A DNA stretch of 64,000 nucleotides from Propionibacteriaceae bacterium (lineage in GTDB: Bacteria > Actinomycetota > Actinomycetes > Propionibacteriales > Propionibacteriaceae): positions 10,913 through 74,912 of the forward strand of contig JBJMIR010000114.1 of NCBI GenBank assembly GCA_045806785.1. The letters run 5' to 3'. Below the pieces are notes generated by a model. It saw only the letters and a list, made by a program, of their open reading frames with translations. It did not search any database and was not told the origin of the DNA. Shown one piece after another: positions 9,018-18,866 of the stretch (within the stretch, counting starts at the first letter, position 1; each line of letters begins with the position of its first letter). Made by a program: the position numbers and the translations under genes.

Positions 9018-9368
9018 TCAGCTCATATCAGCACGTGACTCACCATCGGTACGCCTCACATCTTTGGCCTTGATCCACATCTGGCGCCCATTCGGACCGC
9101 GTACGCGTCCCCACCATTCACCACGTTCGCGAACCCAATAATCGAGCGTTCCAGCTGCGGCCCATGTCGCGGCTTCGACCTCGACCGGTGGGCGTACCTC
9201 GCGCCGCTCGTCTGCTCCTCGCTGCCCGTACTGGTTGTAGACAAGGTCCATATCCATCGCCATTTGGCATGCTTCGTCTTCGCCAAGATCGACAGCGCGC
9301 CAGCCCATCACGCCCCCGTCGTAGACGCCCCACCGCCCGCTGCCGATGTGTCGCGCCTCAAACCTCAT
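9018..9368 (-). CDS. Hypothetical Trp-rich protein, 116 aa
   Basis: Clean ORF with high GC3. The C-terminal part is YWVRERGEWWGRVRGPNGRQMWIKAKDVR. No family recognised. Confidence 0.45.
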   Translation of the reverse strand: MRFEARHIGSGRWGVYDGGVMGWRAVDLGEDEACQMAMDMDLVYNQYGQRGADERREVRPPVEVEAATWAAAGTLDYWVRERGEWWGRVRGPNGRQMWIKAKDVRRTDGESRADMS

Positions 9369-9397
9369 ACATCTATTAGAACACGAGTGCGATTAAT

Positions 9398-9417
9398 CCG
9401 GCAGAGCAAAATGCCGG
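9398..9417 (-). terminator. Weak hairpin downstream of the SDR gene
   Basis: CCGGCA-N8-TGCCGG lies 35 nt after the stop at 9452. The trailing sequence is AT-rich but not a clean U-tract. Confidence 0.25.
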
Positions 9418-9451
9418 ACCTCAGCGACCAAGAATCCCACGCTGCGTGGGC

Positions 9452-10291
9452 CTACATGTCCATGCCGCCGTTGACGCCCCAGATCTGCCCGGTGATGTAG
9501 GAGGACTCATCGGCGGCAAGGAATCGTACGATCCGCGCGACCTCTTCCGGTCGGCCGAACCGACGCAACGGAATCTGTCCCTTGAGCTTGTCGAGCACCT
9601 TCTCGGGCACCGCGGCGACCATCTCGGTGTAGGTGTAGCCCGGGGTAACGGTGTTGACAGTGAGCCCGATGCTGTCGTCATCGAGCTTCCCGGCGCGTTC
9701 CAGCAAGAAGGCTGCCTCGCGAGCGAACGTCTTGGTCAGCCCGAAGAGGCCAGACTTGGAGGCCGCATAGTTGGCTTGGCCAATGTTGCCGATCTCGCCA
9801 ATGATCGAGCTGACGTTGATGATCCGGCCGCTGCCGCGCTCGACCATGTGTCCCAGCACAGCCTGAGAGAGGAAGAAGGCGCCTGAAAGGTTCACATCCA
9901 GCACCTTGTGCCAGTCATCGTCGGTCAGCTTCAAGATCGTCTTGTCGATGGTGATGCCGGCATTGTTGACCAAGATGTCCAGCCGGCCGTATTGCTCCAT
10001 GACTTCGTTGACCACCCGGCGGCAATCGTCCGGATTAGCAACGTTGCCGCGGTGGGTGCTGACCGGTGTGGACCATCTGGCCGCAAAGTCCTGCGCGAAC
10101 TCCTTTGCCCGCTCCACGTTTCCGCTGAAGCCGGCCGCAACCGTGGCGCCGCGCGATGCGAGCTCTTCGGATATGGCGGCGCCGATTCCCCGGGTACCAC
10201 CGGTGACCAGGGCCACCCGACCGATGAGCTTGGATCCCCTTGCCAGGCCGGCGGGCTCCTCGGCGACGTCGACTGTGGCTGATTCGCTCAT
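9452..10291 (-). CDS. Short-chain dehydrogenase, 3-oxoacyl-ACP / acetoacetyl-CoA reductase-like (FabG family)
   Basis: Contains TGGTRGIGAAI (cofactor loop), NNAG and YAASKSG (catalytic YxxxK). AGGAGG sits 6 nt before ATG 10291. Confidence 0.8.
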   Translation of the reverse strand: MSESATVDVAEEPAGLARGSKLIGRVALVTGGTRGIGAAISEELASRGATVAAGFSGNVERAKEFAQDFAARWSTPVSTHRGNVANPDDCRRVVNEVMEQYGRLDILVNNAGITIDKTILKLTDDDWHKVLDVNLSGAFFLSQAVLGHMVERGSGRIINVSSIIGEIGNIGQANYAASKSGLFGLTKTFAREAAFLLERAGKLDDDSIGLTVNTVTPGYTYTEMVAAVPEKVLDKLKGQIPLRRFGRPEEVARIVRFLAADESSYITGQIWGVNGGMDM

Positions 10292-10387
10292 GTTGTGCCT
10301 CCTGGGATAGCTCACGAAGATGTGATCGGGGGTTTATCTGATCCTCGCGCATTGCCTGATTCAGGCACAACCGGGGGCACCAAGAAG

Positions 10388-11797
10388 TTAAGCGATCAGC
10401 CTGTCTACTTGATCACCGTAGCCGTCCAGGATTCTCGTCGGATCGGCGCCCAGAACATGATCGAGAAGTGTGGCGTAGATCGACCGAAAGTCCGTTCCGG
10501 CCTTCAGGTCGCCGTCATCGAGATCGGTCAGGCTCGGCTCTGCACCGAAGAACCCACCGCGTACGCCGCGACCGAGCAGGAACACTGGGCCGGCGGTACC
10601 ATGATCAGTTCCATCGCTTGCGTTGGCCAGCACTCTGCGGCCGAACTCGGAGTAGATCATGGTGACGACCTGCCGGCCACGCTCGCCCGCGGCAAGCCGG
10701 CGATGAAAGCCGGTCAGCGCCGCATCCAGCTCGGCAAGCAGCCGCTGTTGAGTCGCTCGTTCATCGGAGTGGGTGTCGAAACCACCGAGAGAGACCGAAT
10801 AGACCCGGGTCGGAACGCCCATCTCGATCAAGGTTGCGACCAGGTCCAGCTGTGCCGCCAGCTGACCCTGTCCGCCGGCCGAGGCGCCCTGGTTTTCTTG
10901 ATCATCGGGATCGGTTGTTGGAGTCGCGGATGGCTGTCGATTCTGTGCCGGCCCGAAAGTGCCGACCGCGGCCTGCAGATCGGCGAACGATCGTGCGGCA
11001 CGGGCGCGCCAGACGTCGTCGTCGCTGCTCGGCTTGCCAAGCAGTGCCACAGCGCGATCGAGCACGTTCTTAGGCATCCGAAGACCGCCGATCGGGAACG
11101 ACGCCGCGGCCAGCTTCTCGCCGGCAAGCATGGGCGGGACCAGAGAGTCCACTGAAAGCGCGATCAACGGATTTGTGGTTGTCGCGTCGAGCCAGCGCCC
11201 TAGCCACCCGGTGCTGACGGCAGATTGCGGTGAGGCGCTCTGCCAGATCGCCATTGATCGGAAATGACTGCGGTCGGGGTACGGATAGCCCACGCCGCGT
11301 ACGATGGCGAGCTCCTTGTTGCCCCACAGCTCATGTAGCCCTTTCATGCCCGGATTCAGGCCGAGCCCTTCACCAAGATCGAGTACGTCAGAGGCCGCGT
11401 ACGCCAGCTCCCCGCGGGCGGATTGGTAGGCCGCATCGCCGGCCGGGATGACTGTATTGAGCCCGTCGTTGCCGCCGTAGAGAGTGATGATCACCAGGAC
11501 GCCGTCAGCGGGATCGAGCGGTGTCTTGGCCGCCGCGGATACCAGATCCGACCAGTGCACCTGCGTCGCGCCGGCGGCGATCCCAGCAGCTCCCACAACG
11601 CCGCAGAAGGTAAGGAAGCGGCGCCGGGTGACGGGACTGACGGTCGTCTTGAGTTGTTCTGACTTCGTGATAGCTGGTGACTTGGCTGGCTCGTGCCCTT
11701 CGACAGGCTCAGGACCCGTTCCTGGTGACGGTCCCGGTGGGGGCTGGTGCCACGGCATGGGTGGGCCGGGAGGTCCTGGGATCGGGTTATAGGACAT
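10388..11797 (-). CDS. DUF1501 (sulfatase-like) protein with a twin-arginine signal
   Basis: Contains RRRFLTFCGVVGAAGIAAGA (Tat motif), GGFDTHSDE and YSEFGRR motifs. ATG 11797 lies directly after the DUF1800 stop. The N-terminus is Pro-rich. Confidence 0.75.
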   Translation of the reverse strand: MSYNPIPGPPGPPMPWHQPPPGPSPGTGPEPVEGHEPAKSPAITKSEQLKTTVSPVTRRRFLTFCGVVGAAGIAAGATQVHWSDLVSAAAKTPLDPADGVLVIITLYGGNDGLNTVIPAGDAAYQSARGELAYAASDVLDLGEGLGLNPGMKGLHELWGNKELAIVRGVGYPYPDRSHFRSMAIWQSASPQSAVSTGWLGRWLDATTTNPLIALSVDSLVPPMLAGEKLAAASFPIGGLRMPKNVLDRAVALLGKPSSDDDVWRARAARSFADLQAAVGTFGPAQNRQPSATPTTDPDDQENQGASAGGQGQLAAQLDLVATLIEMGVPTRVYSVSLGGFDTHSDERATQQRLLAELDAALTGFHRRLAAGERGRQVVTMIYSEFGRRVLANASDGTDHGTAGPVFLLGRGVRGGFFGAEPSLTDLDDGDLKAGTDFRSIYATLLDHVLGADPTRILDGYGDQVDRLIA

Positions 11798-11807
11798 GAT
11801 CAAGTTC

Positions 11808-13250
11808 CTAACCGGAGACGATGTATTCGGGTGAACAGGCGGCAACAGCGATTGCCAGGGGGAGCCGGCCGGCAACCTGGCTGATGGCATCCGCACTCCG
11901 CGCCGAAAGATGATCAATGCCAAGGAGTCGGCGGATGTATTCCACCCGCTGCCGAGCAGGCGTCTTTGTTGCCTCACTCGGCAGCACGGCTCGCTCGGTG
12001 ATCAGACGTGCCGTCTGAACTCGAGCCAGTGCGGCACCGGTTGTCAGCCACCCGCCGCCAGATGGCCAGCCGCCCACGCTCGGCGGCAGGAAAGGAAGCT
12101 GGCCCATGCCACGCAGATGTGTCAGCAGCTGGCGAGCCGGCTTGTCTGCCAGCTCGCTTGGCCGTACGGCAAGGGCACGCATCAGGCCGACCGCCCATTC
12201 CACGGGCTGCTTGACCAGCGAATTCTGTTCATCGTGGAACGCTGGTTCGGAGGCAATCGCCTCCAGCAGCGAGGCGATGCCACGCTCGTACGCCCGACGT
12301 AGCCGCGCCTTGGCCTCGGGCGCCGGCGAGGTCGCTGACACGAGTCGGAACCAGACCCGGGAGATGACGAAGCTCGCGCACTCTGGCTGACGAAGAACCA
12401 GCTCGGCGAACGAGGCGGCGTCGAAGTCGCCGTCCTGGCCGAGGATGTGCTTGCTACTGGAGTCGTGCAGCCTTGGCCGGAACATCGCCGAGCCGTCGGT
12501 CCGGTTGACCTTCCAGCCGGTCAGCGCCCGGGCTGCCTGCTTGACGTCGGACTCGGTGTAGGGGCCCTGGCCCAACGTGAAGAGCTCCATGAACTCTCGA
12601 GAGAGGTTCTCGTTGGGCGCTTTTGCGGTGTTGTCGTTGCCGTCGAGCCAGCGCAGCATCGCCGGGTCGACGATCATGGCCTGGGCGAGCGCCGAAAAGT
12701 GGCCGAGACCTAGTCGGCGCAGGCTCTGGTTTTGGCGGAGCATCAAAGAGGCCATCCGTACCTTGCGGATGCTGGTCGCGAAATGGCCGTGCCAAAACCA
12801 GGTCATCCGTTCGCTCAGCTGATCATCGGCTTGCACCATCCGATCCAGCCACCACACGATCAGTTGCTGGCGTTGCTGGCGCATCTGCTGGCGCCACGCC
12901 TTCTTTTCCTCCTCTGGCGGTTTGTTTCCGGGTGCCTTCTTGGGACGCGGGATCCAAGGCAGGTCCGGCGGTGGGATTTGATCGGCACCGACCTCGCCGT
13001 CACCGGGAGACAGGTACTGCTCGAGCGTCGCTGTGAGCCCGCGCTGCTGCACCTCGACAAGCGCACTGCCGGCGAGACCGAATCCAAGTCTGTCGCCCAG
13101 GCGCCGTACGACGGCATCCTCGCTCAGTTGGCTCATGGCGACAGGGTCGGTCAGTCGACTGCGAAATCGGAGTCGCGGCAGGCGATCCTTCAGCAGATCA
13201 ACAGGTTTGCGCCTGCCCGCTCGAGGAAGGGCGAACTTGAGGACGCTCAT
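11808..13250 (-). CDS. DUF1800 family protein
   Basis: FWHGHFATS motif and the RLGFGLAG start region are typical of DUF1800, the usual partner of DUF1501. The start is uncertain (13250 or 13313). Confidence 0.7.
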   Translation of the reverse strand: MSVLKFALPRAGRRKPVDLLKDRLPRLRFRSRLTDPVAMSQLSEDAVVRRLGDRLGFGLAGSALVEVQQRGLTATLEQYLSPGDGEVGADQIPPPDLPWIPRPKKAPGNKPPEEEKKAWRQQMRQQRQQLIVWWLDRMVQADDQLSERMTWFWHGHFATSIRKVRMASLMLRQNQSLRRLGLGHFSALAQAMIVDPAMLRWLDGNDNTAKAPNENLSREFMELFTLGQGPYTESDVKQAARALTGWKVNRTDGSAMFRPRLHDSSSKHILGQDGDFDAASFAELVLRQPECASFVISRVWFRLVSATSPAPEAKARLRRAYERGIASLLEAIASEPAFHDEQNSLVKQPVEWAVGLMRALAVRPSELADKPARQLLTHLRGMGQLPFLPPSVGGWPSGGGWLTTGAALARVQTARLITERAVLPSEATKTPARQRVEYIRRLLGIDHLSARSADAISQVAGRLPLAIAVAACSPEYIVSG

Positions 13251-13390
13251 CCCTACATTCCCGCATCGCGCCTCAGCTATCTCCGCACCAGGCAACGAAT
13301 GAGGCCAGATCACGGCGAAACGTCAGGCATTCGCGACGTTGTGCGGAGAAACACATTGAAGGCGCTCTGCTATGCGGCACACTCGTCGCC

Positions 13391-15094
13391 GTGACAAGCA
13401 CGATTCTGCAAGATCATCAAGTAGCTAGCCAGGCGTCGACAGACTTCTGGCGTACGGCGGTGATCTATCAGATCTATCCACGCAGCTTTGCCGACAGCAA
13501 CGGCGATGGCATCGGTGACCTGCCGGGCATCACGTCGCGAGTGCCGTACTTGAAATCGCTTGGCGTGGACGCCGTCTGGCTGAGCCCGTTCTATCCGTCT
13601 GCACTCGCCGATGGTGGATATGACGTTGATGATCACCGTGATGTCGATCCGCGGCTCGGCACGTTGGCCGACTTCGACGCGATGCTCAGCGCGCTACATG
13701 ACGCCGATATCAAGCTGATCGTCGACATCGTGCCGAACCACACATCCGATCGGCATGCCTGGTTTCTGCAAGCTCTAGCCGCCGGCCACGAGAGTCCCGA
13801 ACGTGATCGTTATCTCTTCCGCGACGGTCGTGGCGCAGCAGGTGAGCTGCCGCCCAACGACTGGGAGTCACTGTTCGGTGGCTCGGCCTGGGCGCCGGTT
13901 GCTGATGGTCAGTGGTACTTCCACTGCTTCGCGGCCGAGCAGCCGGATCTCAACTGGGAGAATGAGGAGGTCCGTGAGGACCTCAGGCGGACGCTACGTT
14001 TTTGGGCCGACCGAGGTGTCGACGGCTTTCGGATAGACGTAGCTCACGGATTGCGTAAGGACTTGTCGGAGCCCTATCCGCCATGGGGTGAGATCGCGGA
14101 CATGATCAGAACCGACGGCTCTCACCCGCTCTGGGACCGCGACGACGTTCACGAGATCTATGCGGACTGGCGGCAGATCTTTGACTCCTATGACCCGCCC
14201 CGGTACGCGGTTGCCGAAGCCGACGTGCACCCGACAAGGCGAGCTCGATACGCGTCTCCGGACAGCCTTGGGCATGCGTTCAACTTCGCGATGCAGGATG
14301 CCGATTGGTACGCGGAGGACTTTCGCGAGGTGATCAACACCGGACTGGCCGACATGATCAATACCGGTTCCACCACGAGCTGGCTGTTGGGTTGCCACGA
14401 CACACCTCGGGTGGCGACTCGGTATGGCTTGCCGATCAACGATGGGCGCCCGGCCCAGCAAGTCGCTCGGGAGTGGCTGCTGAGTGACGGTTCCACGCCT
14501 CACCTGGACCGCGCACTGGGTGAACGGCGTGCCCGCGCGGCGATCATGATGTTGCTGGCGCTGCCCGGTTCGGCCTACGTCTACCAGGGCGACGAACTCG
14601 GGCTGCACGAGGTGGCCGAGTTGCCACGTGAGGCGTTGGAGGATCCGATGGCCAGCCGCTCCACTACCACGAAGGGCCGTGACGGCTGCCGCGTGCCGCT
14701 GCCATGGACGCCGGCGGGACCGTCGTACGGGTTCGGCCGGGCAGTGGCGCATCTGCCACAGCCTGACTGGTTCGGTGGGTACGCAGTGAGCGCTCAGGAG
14801 GCGGATGCTGATTCGACGCTCAATCTCTACCGGCGGGCGTTAGCGCTCCACAGTCGGCTGTTTGCGGACGGCGGCTTTAGCTGGGTCGAGTCCGAGTCAC
14901 CGGTGCTGCATTTTGCGAGGCCTGGTGGCCTACGGTGCCTGACCAATTTCGGCGCCGAGCCGGTCGCCATGCCACCCGGCGAGGTGCTGCTCAGTAACGC
15001 TCCGCTCGAGGATGGCCGGTTACCTACCGACACAACGGTTTGGCTGCGGCTGCGGTACCCCGATCAGTTTGACCACGACGAGGAGTCAACATAG
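13391..15094 (+). CDS. GH13 alpha-glucosidase / oligo-1,6-glucosidase-like glycoside hydrolase
   Basis: Contains YQIYPRSFADSNGDGIGDL, DIVPNHTSD, GVDGFRIDVAHGL and CHDTPR, the conserved GH13 regions. Confidence 0.85.
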   Translation: MTSTILQDHQVASQASTDFWRTAVIYQIYPRSFADSNGDGIGDLPGITSRVPYLKSLGVDAVWLSPFYPSALADGGYDVDDHRDVDPRLGTLADFDAMLSALHDADIKLIVDIVPNHTSDRHAWFLQALAAGHESPERDRYLFRDGRGAAGELPPNDWESLFGGSAWAPVADGQWYFHCFAAEQPDLNWENEEVREDLRRTLRFWADRGVDGFRIDVAHGLRKDLSEPYPPWGEIADMIRTDGSHPLWDRDDVHEIYADWRQIFDSYDPPRYAVAEADVHPTRRARYASPDSLGHAFNFAMQDADWYAEDFREVINTGLADMINTGSTTSWLLGCHDTPRVATRYGLPINDGRPAQQVAREWLLSDGSTPHLDRALGERRARAAIMMLLALPGSAYVYQGDELGLHEVAELPREALEDPMASRSTTTKGRDGCRVPLPWTPAGPSYGFGRAVAHLPQPDWFGGYAVSAQEADADSTLNLYRRALALHSRLFADGGFSWVESESPVLHFARPGGLRCLTNFGAEPVAMPPGEVLLSNAPLEDGRLPTDTTVWLRLRYPDQFDHDEEST

Positions 15095-15125
15095 AGCATG
15101 AGCGAATCGCACCGGGGAGAAAGCA

Positions 15126-16211
15126 ATGAGTGAAGCAGTCGTGCTGGTCGGCACGAGAAAAGGCCTATGGATCGGCCATTCGGACGTAGAACGCCAAGAC
15201 TGGGAGTGGTCGGAGCCGCAATTCCTGATGGAGGCGGTGTACGGAACCGGTATCGACACCCGAGGCCCACAACCGAGACTTCTGGTCGGTGGTACCAGCG
15301 AGCATTGGGGCCCAGGCGTCTACTACTCCGACGACCTGGGCGCCAAGTGGACAGAGGCTCAGGCCGCTCCCGTGCGGTTTCCTCAAGAGCTCGGCAGCAG
15401 TGTGGAGCGCGTTTGGCAAATCCAGCCAGGCGGTCCCCATGATCCCGACGTGATCTATGCCGGCACCGAACCCTCGGCGCTGTTCCGCTCCACCGATCGC
15501 GGTGAGTCGTTCACCCTGATCAGGTCACTATGGGACCACCCGCATCGCGAGCAGTGGCAACCGGGCGGTGGCGGGCAAGCAATCCACACGGTGCTACCCG
15601 ACCCGACCGATTCCGCGCATCTGACCGTGGCGATGTCTACCGGCGGGGTTTATCGGACCTACGACCAGGGTGAGACCTGGGATCCGGCGAACGCCGGCAT
15701 CAGTGTCAAGTTCGCGCCCGATCCCTTCCCTGAGTTTGGACAATGCGTGCACAAGATCGCAGCCCATCCAACTGCGCCAAACCGGATCTTCGCCCAGAAC
15801 CACGGGGGCGTCTACCGCTCCGATGACGGGGGCGACCAGTGGGTCTCGATCGCTGACGGCCTCCCGAGTGACTTCGGATTTCCGATCATGGTTCATCCAC
15901 ATAAGGCGGAGACGGTGTTCGTCTTTCCGCTGACTGCAGACATCCACCGCTTTCCGCCGAACGGCAAGGCGCGCGTCTGGCGTTCTGACGACGCAGGTGA
16001 TACGTGGACGTCGTCTGAGTCTGGTCTGCCGGATGGGTTCTATGCCTCGGTGCTGAGGGACGCCATGACCGCTGACAATGCCGAGCAGACCGGCTTTTAC
16101 TTCGGCGCCCGTGACGGTTCGGTGTTCGTCAGCACCGATGACGGCGCCAATTGGCGGCAGATCGTCGGGCATTTGCCGGACGTGCTATCCGTACGCGCGG
16201 CGGTTGTGTAA
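15126..16211 (+). CDS. BNR/Asp-box repeat beta-propeller protein (sialidase / glycosidase-like)
   Basis: Six SxDxGxxW-type Asp boxes (SDDLGAKW, STDRGESF, TYDQGETW, SDDGGDQW, SDDAGDTW, STDDGANW). Confidence 0.7.
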   Translation: MSEAVVLVGTRKGLWIGHSDVERQDWEWSEPQFLMEAVYGTGIDTRGPQPRLLVGGTSEHWGPGVYYSDDLGAKWTEAQAAPVRFPQELGSSVERVWQIQPGGPHDPDVIYAGTEPSALFRSTDRGESFTLIRSLWDHPHREQWQPGGGGQAIHTVLPDPTDSAHLTVAMSTGGVYRTYDQGETWDPANAGISVKFAPDPFPEFGQCVHKIAAHPTAPNRIFAQNHGGVYRSDDGGDQWVSIADGLPSDFGFPIMVHPHKAETVFVFPLTADIHRFPPNGKARVWRSDDAGDTWTSSESGLPDGFYASVLRDAMTADNAEQTGFYFGARDGSVFVSTDDGANWRQIVGHLPDVLSVRAAVV

Positions 16212-16219
16212 GCGGCGAG

Positions 16220-17329
16220 TCAAGCGGTGTCGTTACGGGCCGGGCCGGTTGTGCCACGCTCCACTAACTCAACCCGGAGTTCGTCCTGCCTTGGCAACGG
16301 ACCGTCATAATCGTCCGCGCCGACCATCTGGATCATCGCGTAGGCAGCTCGCACGCCTTGCTCATGGGCATGCTGGCTGACCGTAGTTAGGCCCCACCAG
16401 CGCGACATCGGATGATCATCAAAAGCCGCGAGGGAGAGATCCTCAGGGCAACGCAGTCCGGCTTCGCGTAGCACCGCCATAGCACCGAATGCCATTTCAT
16501 CGGTGTGGCAGAAGATCGCAGTCGGAAGCTTGCGGCCGCTTGCGAGCAGCTCGTTCATGGCGCGCTGGCCATCAGCAGCGTGGCAGTCGCCTGGTTGCAG
16601 GACATTGCGACTATCCATGTCGAACCCGGCTTCTCGTACGGTGTCGCGCAGCCCATCTGTCCGCTGATCCCAGACGTGATAGTCGTGCTTGCCGGCCATG
16701 CGTCCATCAAACAGACCGATGTCGCGATGACCAAGGGATAACAGATGCTCGGCGATGAGCCGGCCGCCGGCCCGATTGTCGACGAAGATGCTGGACACGC
16801 TGGTAAGCGGCGAGCCAGGCGCCAGGACCGGCACCCGCGCCAAATCGGGATTCTCGTCGTCACGTTCGGTGGAGATGGTGCCCGCGAAGAGAAGCGCGTC
16901 TCGACCTCGCCCGGCGCCGAGCTCTCGAAAGAGCTTGCGGAACTGCGGCGAATCGACCTCCAAGAAATCGGAGTCGACATCTAGATTGATCAGTTCTACC
17001 CGAAATCCCGCGGGGCTGAGGATTTCACTGGCGCCAGACGCGAACTCGCTGAAGTACCAGGAGCGCAATGTCGGCAACACGATGCCGACCGTCCCAGAGT
17101 GCCCACTCGCGAGTGCGGTTGCCAGGTGGGATGCCGAGAAATCGAGCCGGTCGGCGGTCTCGATGATCCGCTCCCGGGTCGACGGGCCGACTCCGGGGAT
17201 GCCGCGCAGGGCGCGCGAGACCGTGCCCTTGTTGACACCTGCTTCCCGTGCGACGTCAGCAATCGTGGTACGACGAGCGGTGGCTTGAGGCCTGGTCGCA
17301 ATCACCCAAGCATGGGTTTCGGCGAGCAC
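16220..17329 (-). CDS. LacI family transcriptional regulator
   Basis: N-terminal HTH TIADVAREAGVNKGTVSRALRG plus a periplasmic-binding-protein-like sugar-binding body. The exact start is uncertain. Confidence 0.85.
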   Translation of the reverse strand: MLAETHAWVIATRPQATARRTTIADVAREAGVNKGTVSRALRGIPGVGPSTRERIIETADRLDFSASHLATALASGHSGTVGIVLPTLRSWYFSEFASGASEILSPAGFRVELINLDVDSDFLEVDSPQFRKLFRELGAGRGRDALLFAGTISTERDDENPDLARVPVLAPGSPLTSVSSIFVDNRAGGRLIAEHLLSLGHRDIGLFDGRMAGKHDYHVWDQRTDGLRDTVREAGFDMDSRNVLQPGDCHAADGQRAMNELLASGRKLPTAIFCHTDEMAFGAMAVLREAGLRCPEDLSLAAFDDHPMSRWWGLTTVSQHAHEQGVRAAYAMIQMVGADDYDGPLPRQDELRVELVERGTTGPARNDTA

Positions 17330-17482
17330 GAGTCAAACTATACGGTGGGCGAACCCTTCAGGCAGCCCCTTCTCTTGGCTCTGACCAGGCTAATCAGTAG
17401 ACTTCGCCTCTGACTTTGCTGACTGCGCCCGCCACGAGACAATGTCACAGGAGCCTGAAGTAGCGAGGCCTGGGGAGGACCG

Positions 17483-18823
17483 ATGACTGCGGCGCTGGGG
17501 CACTGGCGTGCCACGTACACGCCAGGGGAGTGGGTGGTTCTGTCTGGGCCCACCTCTTTGGTACTGCTTGAGCCGCCCACGCACGAATGGGCTGCGTTGA
17601 TCAACACGCTGTGGGACGAGGTCGTCGCCTCGAGCTCTATCGTCGACCTCGCGGCACGGCTGGCGCATTTCAAGATCGATGAGCTGCCGAGTCTCGCCGC
17701 CTTCTTCTGGACCGAAGACGGCATGCGTTCTCTGATCCGGGGCGAGATCTCCGTCGTCGATCTTGCTACCGGCAAGGTGGTAGCGGACGGGCAGGGCATC
17801 CAAACCTGGAGCGAGGTTGGGCTCGGCGGCGTGAACCACATCCGGGTCGAGGTACCACACGATGGAGACGCCACTTTGCTGGAGCTGCCGCTTGTCGTGG
17901 GAGCCGTACGCGCCTCCTCGATAGTCCTCGATGCCTCAGACCAGGCCCAGGTCAGCTCCCCGCAGGGAGAATCCGTGCCGGAGGACACAACGCCCGTCGA
18001 AGCGGAATCAGCGCTCACATCGGACTCAACGACCGAGGCGTTGCCGGAGGCGGTTGCGGCACCGGCAGCGGCCGCTGAGGCCGCACCTGAGCCGTCGGCC
18101 GAAGGAGTAGGCGGTGCGACCGACAGGCCGGTGGAGAAGACCGCTGAGCTGGCGGCAGCAGAGATCGTCGCCCTAGCGAACGCCGAGACCGAGCTAATGC
18201 CCTCACCGTTCGAGGAGGAATCAGAGACCGAGCCAGGGGCTAGCGCGCCACAGCAACTCGAGTCTGCGGTCGTGCCCCAGCTGGCAACCGACCCTGGCGC
18301 CGTGCTGGCCAGTGCTGTGTCACGAGGCTCCAGCGAGACGCCAGATGAGCCGGATCTTCAAGATTCCGCGATCTTGGCCGTGATTTGTCCAAACGGGCAC
18401 GCAAGCCCTCCTAGTGCAACCAGTTGTCGGGTATGCGGCGGTCCGGTCGCCACTCAGGGACCGCAGTTTGTTGCGCACCCAATCCTGGCCGTGCTTCGCG
18501 CTTCCGACGGGAGCAGCGCCGAGCTCGACCGGCCGGTTCGCATCGGCCGCGCACCCTCTATGGATAGATCGAGCAGCCCGTCACCCCGGCTGATGACGGT
18601 CCCCAGCCCGAACTACGACATCAGCCGGACACATCTCGAGGTGGCTCCAGATGACTGGCAGATTGTTGTCACCGATCTGAACTCCACGAACGGAACAATT
18701 CTGGTACGGCCCGGCGGCGGAGATCGTCAGCAGCTCGCCCCAGGTGAGCCGATTCCCGTGCAAGTGGGCAGTGTCATAGAGCTCGGTGACGGAGTTTCTG
18801 TATTGATCGACTTTCCGCAGTAG
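17483..18823 (+). CDS. FHA-domain protein with a central Cys-X3-His...Cys-X2-Cys zinc-ribbon-like motif
   Basis: C-terminal FHA (RIGRAPS .. ISRTHLEV .. VVTDLNSTNGTIL). ICPNGH..CRVCGG lies upstream of it. The linker is Ala/Glu-rich. GGGGAGG sits before the ATG. Confidence 0.75.
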   Translation: MTAALGHWRATYTPGEWVVLSGPTSLVLLEPPTHEWAALINTLWDEVVASSSIVDLAARLAHFKIDELPSLAAFFWTEDGMRSLIRGEISVVDLATGKVVADGQGIQTWSEVGLGGVNHIRVEVPHDGDATLLELPLVVGAVRASSIVLDASDQAQVSSPQGESVPEDTTPVEAESALTSDSTTEALPEAVAAPAAAAEAAPEPSAEGVGGATDRPVEKTAELAAAEIVALANAETELMPSPFEEESETEPGASAPQQLESAVVPQLATDPGAVLASAVSRGSSETPDEPDLQDSAILAVICPNGHASPPSATSCRVCGGPVATQGPQFVAHPILAVLRASDGSSAELDRPVRIGRAPSMDRSSSPSPRLMTVPSPNYDISRTHLEVAPDDWQIVVTDLNSTNGTILVRPGGGDRQQLAPGEPIPVQVGSVIELGDGVSVLIDFPQ

Positions 18824-18866
18824 CGTCTGGTGCTGCGGCAGAGTCACCAACGACGAGGAGCTGTAC

